Of a stretch of DNA of 64,000 nucleotides, positions 49,443-59,997 are shown in pieces. Source of the stretch: an uncultured Arcobacter sp. Its GTDB lineage: Bacteria; Campylobacterota; Campylobacteria; Campylobacterales; Arcobacteraceae. A program made the position numbers and the translations under genes. The notes below the pieces were generated by a model, which was not told where the DNA came from, did not search any database, and worked only from the letters and a program-made list of their open reading frames with translations. The stretch's first letter is position 1; the number at the start of each line of letters is the position of its first letter. The stretch is from the NCBI GenBank assembly GCA_965140705.1, contig OZ223301.1:96001-160000 (forward strand), given 5' to 3'.

Positions 49443-50294
49443 ATGCCATTTAATAAATTAACTGAAGAAGAAATTCGAGTCATAGAAAATAAAGGCACAG
49501 AAAGACCTTTTTCTGGTAAATATAATGATTTTTATTCAGATGGTGTTTACAAATGTAAAAAGTGTGATACCAAATTATACTCTTCTGATGCAAAATTTAA
49601 TTCAAGTTGTGGATGGCCTAGTTTTGATGATGATTTTGGAACTGTAAAAAGAGTTCAAGATAGTGATGGAAGAAGAACAGAAATTGTTTGTGCAAACTGT
49701 GGTGCTCACTTAGGTCATGTATTTGAGGGAGAAGGATTTACGCCAAAAAATACAAGGCATTGCGTAAATTCTATCTCATTAAATTTTGATTATATAAATA
49801 AAACAAATGAAGACCAAGCAATATGTTATTTTGCAGCAGGATGTTTTTGGGGAGTAGAATATCACTTTGAACATGTAGAGGGTGTTTATAGTGCAGTTTC
49901 TGGATATATGGGTGGTGATACACTTCATCCTGATTATCAAAGTGTTTGCACTGGTACAACAGGGCACTTAGAAACAGTGAAAATAGAATATGATAAAAAA
50001 ACGGTCTCTTTTGAAGAGTTAGTTAAATACTTTTTCGAGATTCATGATTTTACCCAATCAAATGGACAAGGTCCAGATATTGGTAGTCAATATTTATCTG
50101 CAATATTTTATAAAAATGATGAGCAAAAAAACAAAGCCTTAGAAATAATAGATGAATTAGAAAACAAGGGATATAAAGTAGCTACTACTTTAAGGGAAGC
50201 TGGGACTTTTTATGAAGCAGAAGAGTATCATCAAAACTATTATGACAGACACCAAAAGGTGCCATATTGTCATACTTATAGGAAAATATTTTAG
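49443..50294 (+). CDS. msrBA: Bifunctional methionine sulfoxide reductase MsrB-MsrA
   Basis: GTERPF, CGWPSF, HLGHVF, RHCVNS (MsrB), then GCFWG, AEEYHQNY (MsrA). Confidence 0.93.
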   Translation: MPFNKLTEEEIRVIENKGTERPFSGKYNDFYSDGVYKCKKCDTKLYSSDAKFNSSCGWPSFDDDFGTVKRVQDSDGRRTEIVCANCGAHLGHVFEGEGFTPKNTRHCVNSISLNFDYINKTNEDQAICYFAAGCFWGVEYHFEHVEGVYSAVSGYMGGDTLHPDYQSVCTGTTGHLETVKIEYDKKTVSFEELVKYFFEIHDFTQSNGQGPDIGSQYLSAIFYKNDEQKNKALEIIDELENKGYKVATTLREAGTFYEAEEYHQNYYDRHQKVPYCHTYRKIF

Positions 50295-50632
50295 TTATTT
50301 ACACCTAAAATATAATAAATTGGTCTTTCACTTATTTGTTGAACTTTTACCCCATATTTGTTAGCCCAATGTGAAACTTCATTATGAAATTCTTTTAGAA
50401 TTTCTTCTGAATCATTTTCATCACACTTGATTTTTAAGTATTCAGTTTTATTAGAAAACCCTACATAAGCATTCATTTTCTTTAAATGATCATTTAAACT
50501 AATAATGTGTTTTGCAAACTTTTCAAAATCTTTAGTATTTTTTATCATAACTTCTGCTTGCTTTAGTGCACTTTCACTTTTTGAGTAACCTAGTTGAGAT
50601 AAAACAACTTCAGGTGACATTTCTATTTGCAT
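50291..50632 (-). CDS. Hypothetical protein
   Basis: 113-aa ORF with AAGGA RBS; no function recognised. Confidence 0.7.
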   Translation of the reverse strand: MQIEMSPEVVLSQLGYSKSESALKQAEVMIKNTKDFEKFAKHIISLNDHLKKMNAYVGFSNKTEYLKIKCDENDSEEILKEFHNEVSHWANKYGVKVQQISERPIYYILGVNN

Positions 50633-50783
50633 AGTAATCCTTTGTTAATATTTTGATTAATAAATATAGCAAAAATGAATTGAAATATTGGTTAATATTT
50701 TATTGTATTATTTCATGGATAATCTCTAATTAAGTTATTTTTTCTGTTATTTTTTGTAATATTGTCATTTCACAAGGGATATT

Positions 50784-53075
50784 ATGGAAAAAGAGAATAA
50801 TTATATATTTGAAATCATATTTTTACCAATTATAATTATAGTTTTTCTTATTACTAGCATTACTATTTTCAATATTCATAGTACTAAAAAACAGTTAGAA
50901 AATCAAATAAAAAATAAAAAAGCCGAGTTTTTTCAAGAAAAGAAGAACCTAATATATAATAAAGTTCATAATATAAATAATATTATAAAAATAGATAATA
51001 TTAAGGTAAATGCAAAATTAAAGAGTCAATTAAAAGAAAAAATAGAAATTGCTTTAAAAATCACAAAAAATATTTACAAAAGAAATAAGAATTTATCGAA
51101 AAAAAGTTTAATAAAAATATTAAAAAATAGGCTTTTCGTTTTGACATATAATAAAAATGAAAACTATTATTTTATTTTTGATAAAACGGGAAAGGTCCTT
51201 GCTCATCCTGAAAAAAATTTAGAGGGAAAAAATTTAAATGATTATTATGATACTGACAATATAAAAATAGGTACAAAATTATTTAAAAGTTTATCTAATG
51301 GTGAAAAAATTGGTTTTACTCAATATCATTTTAAAAAACCAAATATTAAGAATAAAATATTTTTAAAAACAGTTGCTGTTGTGTATTTTAAGCCATTAGA
51401 TATTTACATAGGAACTTTAGCCTATCCAAATGAAATTTTAAATGAGGAAAAGAAAGATTTAATAAAGAAAATAGAATTAAGTCCTGATTTAAAAGAATAT
51501 GTACTACTTTTTAATGTTTTCAATATTAATGGTGGTAAAGATTTTTCTCAATTAATTGCAAGTACTAATGAAGAAAAGTATTTTAAAATAAAACTTGATG
51601 ATGATGTGAAAGATAAAACTGGAAATTATTATAGAAAAGAAGTATTAAAACTTTTAAGGAAAAATGGGGAGTGTTATTATAAATATTGGTTTAAAAGACC
51701 AGGCTCAGATGTTGAAAAAGAGAGATATGCCTATTTTTACTGGAATAAACAGTGGAATTGGATTATTACTTCTGGATTTTATTTTGAAGATTTAGATGCT
51801 CAAATTGCTAAATTAAAAAATGAGACAGATAGTTATTTAACTGAATTAATAAAAAATTCACTAATTTGGGGTGTAATCTTTTCTTTGGTTATGATTTCCA
51901 TATCAACTACTATTTTTTATAAAATTCAAAAAAGAATAAAAAATAATCAATTACGACTTATAAAAAGTCAAGAAAACTTAAAAAAGGCGCAAAAAATATC
52001 AAAAGTAGGATCGTGGAGTTATTCTTATGAAACAGAGGATTTAATTCTTTCGGATGAAACATATGAACTTTTTGGAATAGAAAAAGGGAAACGAAAAATT
52101 TCTTCAAAATTTCTATTATCTTTTGTACATAGTGATGATAAAAGAAGAGTAAATGTACTTCTTGATAGGCTTGTTAAAGAAAAAAAACCTTATGAGACAA
52201 TTCATAGACTTGTGATAAATAATAAAATTAAATGGGTTAATAATCAATGCGAAGTTTTTGAAGAAAAAAATGGAATGATAATAGTGGGAACACTTCAAGA
52301 TATTACAGAAAAATATGAGAAAGATAAAAAAATCGAAGAACAATCTCAATTATTATTCAATCAGTCAAAAATGGCAGCAATGGGAGAAATGATAGAAAAT
52401 ATTGCCCACCAATGGAGACAACCACTCTCAGCTATTTCTATAAGTGCAAGCGGTCTTAAGCTTGAAAGTGAATATAAAGTTTTAGAAAGTGATAAGATTG
52501 AAGAAACATTGAATAATATTCTTGATAATACTAAATATTTATCAAATACAATAGAAGATTTTAGAAAATATTTTGTAAAAGATAAAAATTTAGTGAAATG
52601 TAATATAAAAGAAGTGTATAAAAATACAATTAAACTTTTAAAACCAAAATTTGATACACTAAATATCGAGATAAAAGATGATTGCGAAGACTTATTTACT
52701 TATACATTAGAAAACGAGTTAGTTCAATGTTTAATGAATATTTTCAATAATGCACATGATGCACTTATGAAAAACAAAACAGAGAAAAAATATATTATTA
52801 TAAAGATCTCTAAGAAATATGACAATATAATTATTGATATTAGAGATAATGCAGGTGGAATAGATAATAATATTATTCAAAAAGTTTTTGAGCCATATTT
52901 TACTACTAAACACAAAAGTCAAGGTACTGGTATAGGACTCTATATGACACAAGAAATAATTACTAAACATTTAAAAGGCTTTATAAAAGTTGAAAATGTA
53001 AAATATGAAATTGACGGAAGAATGTATAAAGGTGCTAGTTTTAGAATTTCATTACCTCAAGAATTAAAAAGATAG
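50784..53075 (+). CDS. Cache/PAS sensor histidine kinase
   Basis: Two TMs flanking Cache-like domains, PAS (VGSW...VHSDD), IAHQWRQPL, DNAGG, GTGIGL. Confidence 0.9.
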   Translation: MEKENNYIFEIIFLPIIIIVFLITSITIFNIHSTKKQLENQIKNKKAEFFQEKKNLIYNKVHNINNIIKIDNIKVNAKLKSQLKEKIEIALKITKNIYKRNKNLSKKSLIKILKNRLFVLTYNKNENYYFIFDKTGKVLAHPEKNLEGKNLNDYYDTDNIKIGTKLFKSLSNGEKIGFTQYHFKKPNIKNKIFLKTVAVVYFKPLDIYIGTLAYPNEILNEEKKDLIKKIELSPDLKEYVLLFNVFNINGGKDFSQLIASTNEEKYFKIKLDDDVKDKTGNYYRKEVLKLLRKNGECYYKYWFKRPGSDVEKERYAYFYWNKQWNWIITSGFYFEDLDAQIAKLKNETDSYLTELIKNSLIWGVIFSLVMISISTTIFYKIQKRIKNNQLRLIKSQENLKKAQKISKVGSWSYSYETEDLILSDETYELFGIEKGKRKISSKFLLSFVHSDDKRRVNVLLDRLVKEKKPYETIHRLVINNKIKWVNNQCEVFEEKNGMIIVGTLQDITEKYEKDKKIEEQSQLLFNQSKMAAMGEMIENIAHQWRQPLSAISISASGLKLESEYKVLESDKIEETLNNILDNTKYLSNTIEDFRKYFVKDKNLVKCNIKEVYKNTIKLLKPKFDTLNIEIKDDCEDLFTYTLENELVQCLMNIFNNAHDALMKNKTEKKYIIIKISKKYDNIIIDIRDNAGGIDNNIIQKVFEPYFTTKHKSQGTGIGLYMTQEIITKHLKGFIKVENVKYEIDGRMYKGASFRISLPQELKR

Positions 53076-53090
53076 AATTAGGGAAAATGT

Positions 53091-54527
53091 ATGAATATTA
53101 AAAATTATGTAGTAATTATAGTGACAGTTCTGTTACTTACTTTTACTATTGGTTCTTCTGTATTAAATTATGAAAAAGCATTGAAAGAGATGGAAATAAA
53201 TCTTAAAGAACGATCACTTCCTTTATCTATTGACAATATTTATTCAGAAGTACAAAAAAATATTATAGAACCTACTTTGGTCTCTTCAATGATGGCAAAT
53301 GATACTTTTTTAAAAGATTGGCTTATTCATGAAGAAAATCAGACTGAAAAAATAAGTAGATATTTGGAAAGTGTAAAAAATAAATATAATATGTTTAGTA
53401 CTTTTTTAGTTTCTAATCAAACTGGTAATTATTATACTTCAAAGGGTTTAATAGATAAAGTAAAAAAATCTAATCCTGAAAATGCTTGGTATTTTAAATT
53501 TAAAGAAGCCCCAGAAAATCATGAGATAAATTTAGACTTTAATAAAAAATTAGCTGATTCTTTAATCATGTTTATAAATTATAAAATCTTTGATGATAAA
53601 TATCATTATTTGGGAGCTACAGGAATAGGAATAAAAATTTCTTATATAAATGAAATGCTAAAACATTTTAGGCTCAAATATAATTTTAATGTATTCTTTA
53701 CAGATAAAAAAGGTGAAGTTGTTTTAAGTGAAGATGAATTTAATAATCCTGATAAATTAATGACTATAGAAGAATTAGATTTATCAAATAAAGATTTAGA
53801 ATTTGAAAGTCCACAGCTTTTTGAATATAAAAAAGATGGTAAAACCTATATCTTAAATGGTAAATTTGTAAAAGAATTAAACCTATATTTATTTGTTGAA
53901 GCTAAGCTTGATACTTTTACAGGAGAAGTTAGAAGAACTTTTATTTTGAATCTTCTTACCTCTTTGTTTGTAACTATTCTTATTATAATTATAATTTTGT
54001 ACACAATAAAAATATATAATAAAAAATTAGAAAGCTTAGCTGCCTATGATAGCTTAACAAGTCTGCATAATAGAAGAACTTTCAATGATTTTTTTGATAA
54101 GTCATTAAAACAATTTAAAAGGGATAGAATCCCTAAATCAATTATATTCTTTGATTTAGATGATTTTAAACTTGTAAATGATAACTATGGTCATTTAGTT
54201 GGAGATGATGTTTTAAAAAGAATTGCTGCTATTTTAAAATTACAAATTAGAGATAGTGATAGTATAGCAAGGTGGGGTGGTGAAGAGTTCTTGATTCTTT
54301 TAAATAACTCAGACTTGGAACAAACTTTTAACATAGCAGAAAAATTAAAAAACTGCTTTGAAAATGATATAGAACTAAATAATCTAGTAAAAGAGGGCAT
54401 TACAGCTAGTTTTGGTGTAAGTACATTTAAAGAAGATGATACAATAGAAAAAATCATTTCAAGGGCAGATAAGACTTTGTATAAAGTAAAAAATAGTGGT
54501 AAAAATAGAGTAGAAAAAGAAGTTTAG
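53091..54527 (+). CDS. Sensor-domain diguanylate cyclase
   Basis: Two TMs; DSLTSL.NRR, DLDDFK.VND.YGH, RWGGEEF. Confidence 0.9.
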   Translation: MNIKNYVVIIVTVLLLTFTIGSSVLNYEKALKEMEINLKERSLPLSIDNIYSEVQKNIIEPTLVSSMMANDTFLKDWLIHEENQTEKISRYLESVKNKYNMFSTFLVSNQTGNYYTSKGLIDKVKKSNPENAWYFKFKEAPENHEINLDFNKKLADSLIMFINYKIFDDKYHYLGATGIGIKISYINEMLKHFRLKYNFNVFFTDKKGEVVLSEDEFNNPDKLMTIEELDLSNKDLEFESPQLFEYKKDGKTYILNGKFVKELNLYLFVEAKLDTFTGEVRRTFILNLLTSLFVTILIIIIILYTIKIYNKKLESLAAYDSLTSLHNRRTFNDFFDKSLKQFKRDRIPKSIIFFDLDDFKLVNDNYGHLVGDDVLKRIAAILKLQIRDSDSIARWGGEEFLILLNNSDLEQTFNIAEKLKNCFENDIELNNLVKEGITASFGVSTFKEDDTIEKIISRADKTLYKVKNSGKNRVEKEV

Positions 54528-54536
54528 GAGTATAAA

Positions 54537-54851
54537 ATGTCAGTATTATTGGAAATGGCTATGTTTCCCACTGATTATGGGGAAAGCAAGAGTGCACATG
54601 TGGCTAAAGTGATTGATACTATTAGAAAAAGTGGATACTCTTATCAACTAACATCTATGTGTACTATTATTGAAACAGAAGAGATAGGGCAAGCTTTAAA
54701 GCTTATAGAGGATTGTTATAAAGTTTTAGAATCACTTGATTGTAATAGAGTTTATGCTACATTAACCTTTGACATTAGAAAAGGTCATGATAATAGATTG
54801 AAAACGAAAGTTGAATCTATAGAAAAACAAATAGGAGAAGTATCAAAATGA
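54537..54851 (+). CDS. MTH1187/YkoF-family thiamine-binding protein
   Basis: MFP, YQLTSMCTIIE, RV...DIR..KV.S. Confidence 0.85.
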   Translation: MSVLLEMAMFPTDYGESKSAHVAKVIDTIRKSGYSYQLTSMCTIIETEEIGQALKLIEDCYKVLESLDCNRVYATLTFDIRKGHDNRLKTKVESIEKQIGEVSK

Positions 54852-55093
54852 AATATTTAATTGTATTAGCGCTATTAGTAAGTTCACTATTTGCTGAACA
54901 AAATTTACAAGAGTGTGTTCAATCACCAGTTTCAAAAACATCAGTTATTTTTACTTGTGTACATGGGGAGTATTATATTGAATATGAATCAACTTCAAAA
55001 AGAGATGTAAAAGGATTAAGAGTCCTTTATACAGAATCTGATAAATATAAGTATTTAAAAAATTTAAAAAAGCTTCCTAAAGGGTTAAATTAG
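54848..55093 (+). CDS. Small secreted hypothetical protein
   Basis: Signal peptide MKYLIVLALLVSSLFA; two Cys. Confidence 0.65.
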   Translation: MKYLIVLALLVSSLFAEQNLQECVQSPVSKTSVIFTCVHGEYYIEYESTSKRDVKGLRVLYTESDKYKYLKNLKKLPKGLN

Positions 55094-55842
55094 TGTACAA
55101 TGGCATTATGCCATTGCACAACAGATACTCTCATTCCATCTTTTATTTTTTTCACACTATGAGAAAAGTATGGATTACTCAAAAAAGCGATAAAATCTCC
55201 CTCTTTAGGTTTGATTGATATTTTTCTAAATTTATCATCATATAAAAAATCAAAAACCAATTCACCACCACTAAATTCAAACTCATTTTTTGGTTCTTTT
55301 ACTTGAGTTGTGATAAATAAAACAGTTGTAATAATTCTAGCAGGTGCTACTGGTTTGTATTCAATAATATTTTTATTTAAATCAACTATTTCACTACAGT
55401 TATCAGAGTGTCTTTTATAAAAACAGCCATTTTTATAAATAAGTATTTGAGGATCAATTGATTGCATAAGTGAGACATTGAAAAACTCTTCTATTTTACT
55501 TTTTTGAGATTCAAAAAATATATTGTACTCTTTTAGAAAGGTGTCATTTGGAATAATATTGTAAGTATTTCGTATCTCTGTGTTCTTTTTAGGAAGTACA
55601 ACCCCATCATCAGTACTGATAATACCTATTTTTTTGGATTCATCTTCATGATTTTTTATAAAGTTTTTCATATCTGAAAAATCAAAGTTTATATTTTCAT
55701 GTATAAAGGGCGCTTCATGATAAGGATTTGGAAGTATTTTCATACTCTCAGGTACTATTGTATCAAGCCAATGTTTTGGTGAAAATATATTATTACCAAC
55801 TTGAGTTAGTTCAAGTTGTTTTATATCAAAAGGTGCTGTCAT
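55090..55842 (-). CDS. 2OG-Fe(II) oxygenase (prolyl-4-hydroxylase-like)
   Basis: Y..G.FY.RHSD, FSGGEL, HSV.....G.R. Confidence 0.85.
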   Translation of the reverse strand: MTAPFDIKQLELTQVGNNIFSPKHWLDTIVPESMKILPNPYHEAPFIHENINFDFSDMKNFIKNHEDESKKIGIISTDDGVVLPKKNTEIRNTYNIIPNDTFLKEYNIFFESQKSKIEEFFNVSLMQSIDPQILIYKNGCFYKRHSDNCSEIVDLNKNIIEYKPVAPARIITTVLFITTQVKEPKNEFEFSGGELVFDFLYDDKFRKISIKPKEGDFIAFLSNPYFSHSVKKIKDGMRVSVVQWHNAIVH

Positions 55843-55881
55843 AAACCCTACTATAATTTTTTTGAAATTATAGCACCTTTT

Positions 55882-56418
55882 TTAGTAATCAATACCTTTT
55901 GTTTTGAAACTATATCTATGCTCTTCGCTTCTACCGAACTCTTTTATCAATTCTATATGAACTTTTGTTCCATAACCTTTGTGTTTTTCAAACAAATAGT
56001 TTGGATATTTTTGTGAAATTTCTACCATATACCTATCTCGACTAACCTTTGCCAAAATAGATGCAGCACTAACTTGCTCATGATTTGCATCTGCTTTTAT
56101 CTCATGTTTTAAGTTTTCTATTCCAAAAGAGGTGTTTCCATCCATCAGGTATTCATTTGCTTTAACATTTTGCATAATCTCTTCTATGGAGTTTTTTAGA
56201 CAAAGTGATAATCCAAGTTCATCTAAAGTCTTTGCACTTGTAAATACAATATGATAATATGAGTTTGAAATTATCTCATCAAATAGTTTTTCTCTTCTTT
56301 TTTCACTAAGTTTTTTAGAATCATTTAATCCCTCTATTGGATTTTTTAAAACAACTCCTGCCACACATAAAGGCCCAGCTAAAGGTCCACGTCCAGCTTC
56401 ATCTATACCACATAACAT
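55882..56418 (-). CDS. rnhB: Ribonuclease HII
   Basis: GIDEAGRGPLAGP, DSKKL, AASILAKVSRD, KGYGT..H. Confidence 0.96.
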   Translation of the reverse strand: MLCGIDEAGRGPLAGPLCVAGVVLKNPIEGLNDSKKLSEKRREKLFDEIISNSYYHIVFTSAKTLDELGLSLCLKNSIEEIMQNVKANEYLMDGNTSFGIENLKHEIKADANHEQVSAASILAKVSRDRYMVEISQKYPNYLFEKHKGYGTKVHIELIKEFGRSEEHRYSFKTKGIDY

Positions 56419-56479
56419 CTATTTCCTTTCTGTTTTGCTAATTATATTGTAATAAATTTGAAAGAAAATAAAAATAGTA

Positions 56480-56540
56480 CTTGACAAAAGTTCACTCAAG
56501 GTGCTATAATTTATTAGCAGTTAAATTAAAGGAGTGCTAA
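56480..56540 (+). promoter_or_regulatory. clpB promoter with HAIR-like (HspR) and CIRCE-like (HrcA) operators
   Basis: CTTGACA-N7-ACTCAAG (56480-56500) over -35 TTGACA; TGcTATAAT; TTAGCAGTT-N9-GAGTGCTAA (56514-56540) over the RBS. Confidence 0.75.
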
Positions 56541-56542
56541 TT

Positions 56543-59116
56543 ATGAATAAAATTTTTGAAAAACTAACAAACCAAATGGCAGAAAGCATAGATTCATCTG
56601 TTGCTTTAGCCTTACATAATAAAAACCAAGAAGTAGAAGTAATACATATGCTTTGGGCTTTATTGACAAATACAAACTCAGTACTAAACCAATTATTAAA
56701 TAAAATGAATATAGACAAAACAGCTTTAGTACTAGAAGCAAAATCATATGCTTCATCTTTACCAACTGTATCAACAGTTACAAAAGAAAATATAAAACTA
56801 AGTAGAGGATTTATAGACTCACTGCAAAAAGCAGAAGGTCAAATGGCAACACTTGGAGATAAATTTATAGCTATCGACTCATGGTTAATAGCAAACTTTG
56901 ATAATAAAGTATTTAAAGAAGTATTAGGGAAATATATAGATTTAAGAGAAGCAAAAAAAGAACTTGAAGCCATAAGAGGTGGAAGTGTTATTGACTCAGC
57001 TTCAGGGGATGAAAATTTAGAAGCTTTAGGAAAATATGGAATTGACTTAAACCAACAAGCAATAGATGGAAAACTAGATCCCGTAATTGGAAGAGATGAG
57101 CAAATTCAAAGAATGATGCAAATTCTAATTAGAAAAACAAAAAATAATCCTATTCTTTTAGGAGAACCAGGGACAGGTAAAACAGCCATTGCAGAAGGAT
57201 TAGCTCAAAGAATTGTGGCAAAGGATGTTCCGCTTTCTTTACAAAATAAAAAAGTAGTAACCCTTGATATGAGTGCTTTAATTGCAGGAGCAAAATATAG
57301 AGGTGAATTTGAAGATAGATTAAAATCAGTTATAGATGAAGTAAAAAAAGCTGGAAATATTATTCTTTTTATTGATGAAATTCATACAATAATAGGAGCA
57401 GGTGCAAGCGAAGGTAGTATGGATGCTGCAAATATCTTAAAACCAGCTCTTGCAAGGGGTGAATTGCACACTATTGGTGCAACTACACTAAAAGAGTATA
57501 GAAAGTATTTTGAAAAAGATACAGCTATGCAAAGAAGATTTCAACCAATATCTGTAGATGAGCCAAGTGTAAATGAGGCCTTACAAATATTAAGGGGAAT
57601 AAAAGAGAAATTAGAAACTTTCCATAGTGTAACTATCAATGATAGTGCCTTAGTTGCAGCTGCAAAACTAAGTGATAGATATATTTCTGATAGATTTTTA
57701 CCTGATAAAGCTATTGACCTTATAGATGAAGCAGCAGCAGAACTTAAAATGCAAATAGAGAGTGAACCAATAGTTCTTTCAAATGTAAAAAGGGCAATTC
57801 AAACTTTGATGGTGGAAAAAGAAGCCTTAAAAATGGAAAAATCTAAAAAAAATAGTGAAAGAATTGAAGCTATTGAAAAAGAACTAGCTGATTTAAATGA
57901 AGAACAAAGAGCTTTAGAAACAAGATTTTTAAATGAAAAAGAGACATTTAATAAAGCTTCTGAATTAAAAGTAAGAATTGATGAACTTAGAACAAAAGCA
58001 TTGGCAGCAAAAAGAGAGTCAAGATTTGAAGAAGCAGCATCAATAGAGTATGGAGAAATACCAGAATTAGAAAAACAAGTAAAAGAAAATGAAGAAAAAT
58101 GGAATCAAATGCAAGAAGAGGGAACTCTTTTAAGAAATAGCGTTGATGAAGATGCAATTGCAAGTATTGTTTCAAGATGGACTGGAATTCCTGTAAATAA
58201 AATGTTAAGTAGTGATAAACAAAAAATTCTAGAAATAGAGAGTGTTCTTAAACATGATGTAAAAGGTCAAGATGAAGCACTAAAAGCAATAAGTCGTGCA
58301 ATCAAAAGAAATAAAGCAGGCTTGAGTGATGAGAGTAAACCAATAGGTTCTTTTATGTTTCTAGGACCAACAGGTGTTGGTAAAACAGAGAGTGCAAAAA
58401 GTTTGGCGAAGTTTTTATTTGACGATGAAAAATCACTTATAAGATTTGATATGAGTGAATATATGGAAAAACATGCAGTTTCACGTCTTATTGGTGCAGC
58501 CCCTGGATATGTGGGTTATGAAGAAGGAGGGCAATTAACAGAAGCTGTTAGAAGAAAACCATATAGTGTAATTTTATTTGATGAGATTGAAAAAGCACAT
58601 CCTGATGTATTTAATATCTTACTTCAAGTACTTGATGATGGAAGATTGACAGATAATAAAGGTGTAACGATTGATTTCAAAAATACAATTATTATCTTAA
58701 CATCAAATATTGGAAGTAGTAAGATTATAGAAATAGCTGATAAAGATAAAAGAAGAGAAGAGGTATTTTTAGAGATTAAAAACTATTTTAAACCAGAATT
58801 TTTAAATAGACTAGACGATATAATTATATTTGAACAATTAGGATTAGACTCAATTACAAATATTGTTTCAATATTATTTGAAGATATTAAGAAAAAAGTT
58901 GAAGATAAAGATATACAAATTGAGTTGACTCAAAGTGCAAAAGAGTTTATTGCAAAAGTTGGATTTGACCCAGTTTATGGTGCTAGACCACTGAAAAGAG
59001 CAATTTATGAAATAGTAGAAGATAAGCTTGCTGATTTGATTTTAGAAGATAAAATAAGTTCAGGAAGTAAAGTTATTTTTGATGTGGAAAATGATGAGGT
59101 AGTAGCAAAAATATAA
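56543..59116 (+). CDS. clpB: Chaperone ClpB
   Basis: Two AAA+ modules ([16 protein letters not shown]), long coiled-coil middle domain; ATG at 56543 after AAGGAG. Confidence 0.96.
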   Translation: MNKIFEKLTNQMAESIDSSVALALHNKNQEVEVIHMLWALLTNTNSVLNQLLNKMNIDKTALVLEAKSYASSLPTVSTVTKENIKLSRGFIDSLQKAEGQMATLGDKFIAIDSWLIANFDNKVFKEVLGKYIDLREAKKELEAIRGGSVIDSASGDENLEALGKYGIDLNQQAIDGKLDPVIGRDEQIQRMMQILIRKTKNNPILLGEPGTGKTAIAEGLAQRIVAKDVPLSLQNKKVVTLDMSALIAGAKYRGEFEDRLKSVIDEVKKAGNIILFIDEIHTIIGAGASEGSMDAANILKPALARGELHTIGATTLKEYRKYFEKDTAMQRRFQPISVDEPSVNEALQILRGIKEKLETFHSVTINDSALVAAAKLSDRYISDRFLPDKAIDLIDEAAAELKMQIESEPIVLSNVKRAIQTLMVEKEALKMEKSKKNSERIEAIEKELADLNEEQRALETRFLNEKETFNKASELKVRIDELRTKALAAKRESRFEEAASIEYGEIPELEKQVKENEEKWNQMQEEGTLLRNSVDEDAIASIVSRWTGIPVNKMLSSDKQKILEIESVLKHDVKGQDEALKAISRAIKRNKAGLSDESKPIGSFMFLGPTGVGKTESAKSLAKFLFDDEKSLIRFDMSEYMEKHAVSRLIGAAPGYVGYEEGGQLTEAVRRKPYSVILFDEIEKAHPDVFNILLQVLDDGRLTDNKGVTIDFKNTIIILTSNIGSSKIIEIADKDKRREEVFLEIKNYFKPEFLNRLDDIIIFEQLGLDSITNIVSILFEDIKKKVEDKDIQIELTQSAKEFIAKVGFDPVYGARPLKRAIYEIVEDKLADLILEDKISSGSKVIFDVENDEVVAKI

Positions 59117-59210
59117 ATTTGCAAAGATTTAAGCTTGACTTAATATAAAGAAGTTTTAAGTTAACTTTAACTATAATCCGCAACTTGAATTTTAAAAAGG
59201 GAATGACACT

Positions 59211-59345
59211 ATGAAAAGAACATACCAACCGCATAACACGCCAAAAAAGAGAACTCATGGTTTTAGAGTTAGAATGTCTACAAAAAATGGTAGAAAAGTT
59301 ATCGCTAGAAGAAGAGCAAAAGGTAGAAAAAGATTAGCTGTTTAA
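59211..59345 (+). CDS. rpmH: 50S ribosomal protein L34 (missed by ORF track)
   Basis: [44 protein letters not shown]. Confidence 0.97.
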   Translation: MKRTYQPHNTPKKRTHGFRVRMSTKNGRKVIARRRAKGRKRLAV

Positions 59346-59668
59346 GCAAAGAATACAGACTAAATAGCTCAAGAGATTTTAGACAAATCTATCAAAGCGG
59401 CAAAAAATGGCATACGCCATCTTTTGTCGCTTTTTTTAGGTCTAGTGAAAAGTTAGAAATAGGTTTTGTTACTTCAAAAAAAGTAGGAAATGCTGTTTTA
59501 AGAAATAAAGCAAGAAGAAGATTACGAGCTTTAGTTTTAGAAAATGAAAATAAAATTATTACTGGTAAATATGTTTTTGTAGCAAAAGATGAACTATTTA
59601 ATAAATCATATACAGAGCTACAAAAAGATTTTAATTTTGCATTTAAACGACTAAATTTATACAAATGA
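59333..59668 (+). CDS. rnpA: Ribonuclease P protein component (missed by ORF track; apparent ATT start)
   Basis: [12 protein letters not shown]...[22 protein letters not shown]; position between rpmH and yidD. Confidence 0.9.
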   Translation: MSCLSKEYRLNSSRDFRQIYQSGKKWHTPSFVAFFRSSEKLEIGFVTSKKVGNAVLRNKARRRLRALVLENENKIITGKYVFVAKDELFNKSYTELQKDFNFAFKRLNLYK

Positions 59669-59997
59669 ACTTTATATTTAAATATCTAATTAAGTTTTAT
59701 CAAAAATTTATTTCCCCTTATACTTCTCCAAGTTGTAGATTTTACCCAACTTGTTCCGAATATGGAGTATGGCAAATGGAAAATAACTCTTTTTTTAAGG
59801 CTATTTATTTTACAATAACACGGATATTAAAATGTAATCAACTTTTTAAAGGTGGAATTGACTATCCAATAGTTGACAAACTTCCGAAAAAAAGTATTGT
59901 ACATAAAAAAATCAAAGTAATATATTGGTTTGTACCAACTGAAGATAATAAATACTTTGTAGTAAAGAATTGGGAGAGAAATAAGAATAATGAATAA
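59665..59997 (+). CDS. yidD: Membrane protein insertion efficiency factor
   Basis: YQKFISP...CRFYPTCSEY...RILKCN...GGIDYP. Confidence 0.93.
   Translation: MNFIFKYLIKFYQKFISPYTSPSCRFYPTCSEYGVWQMENNSFFKAIYFTITRILKCNQLFKGGIDYPIVDKLPKKSIVHKKIKVIYWFVPTEDNKYFVVKNWERNKNNE

Noticed and set aside
59392..59664. 90-aa minus-strand ORF
   Set aside because: It is the antisense shadow of rnpA.
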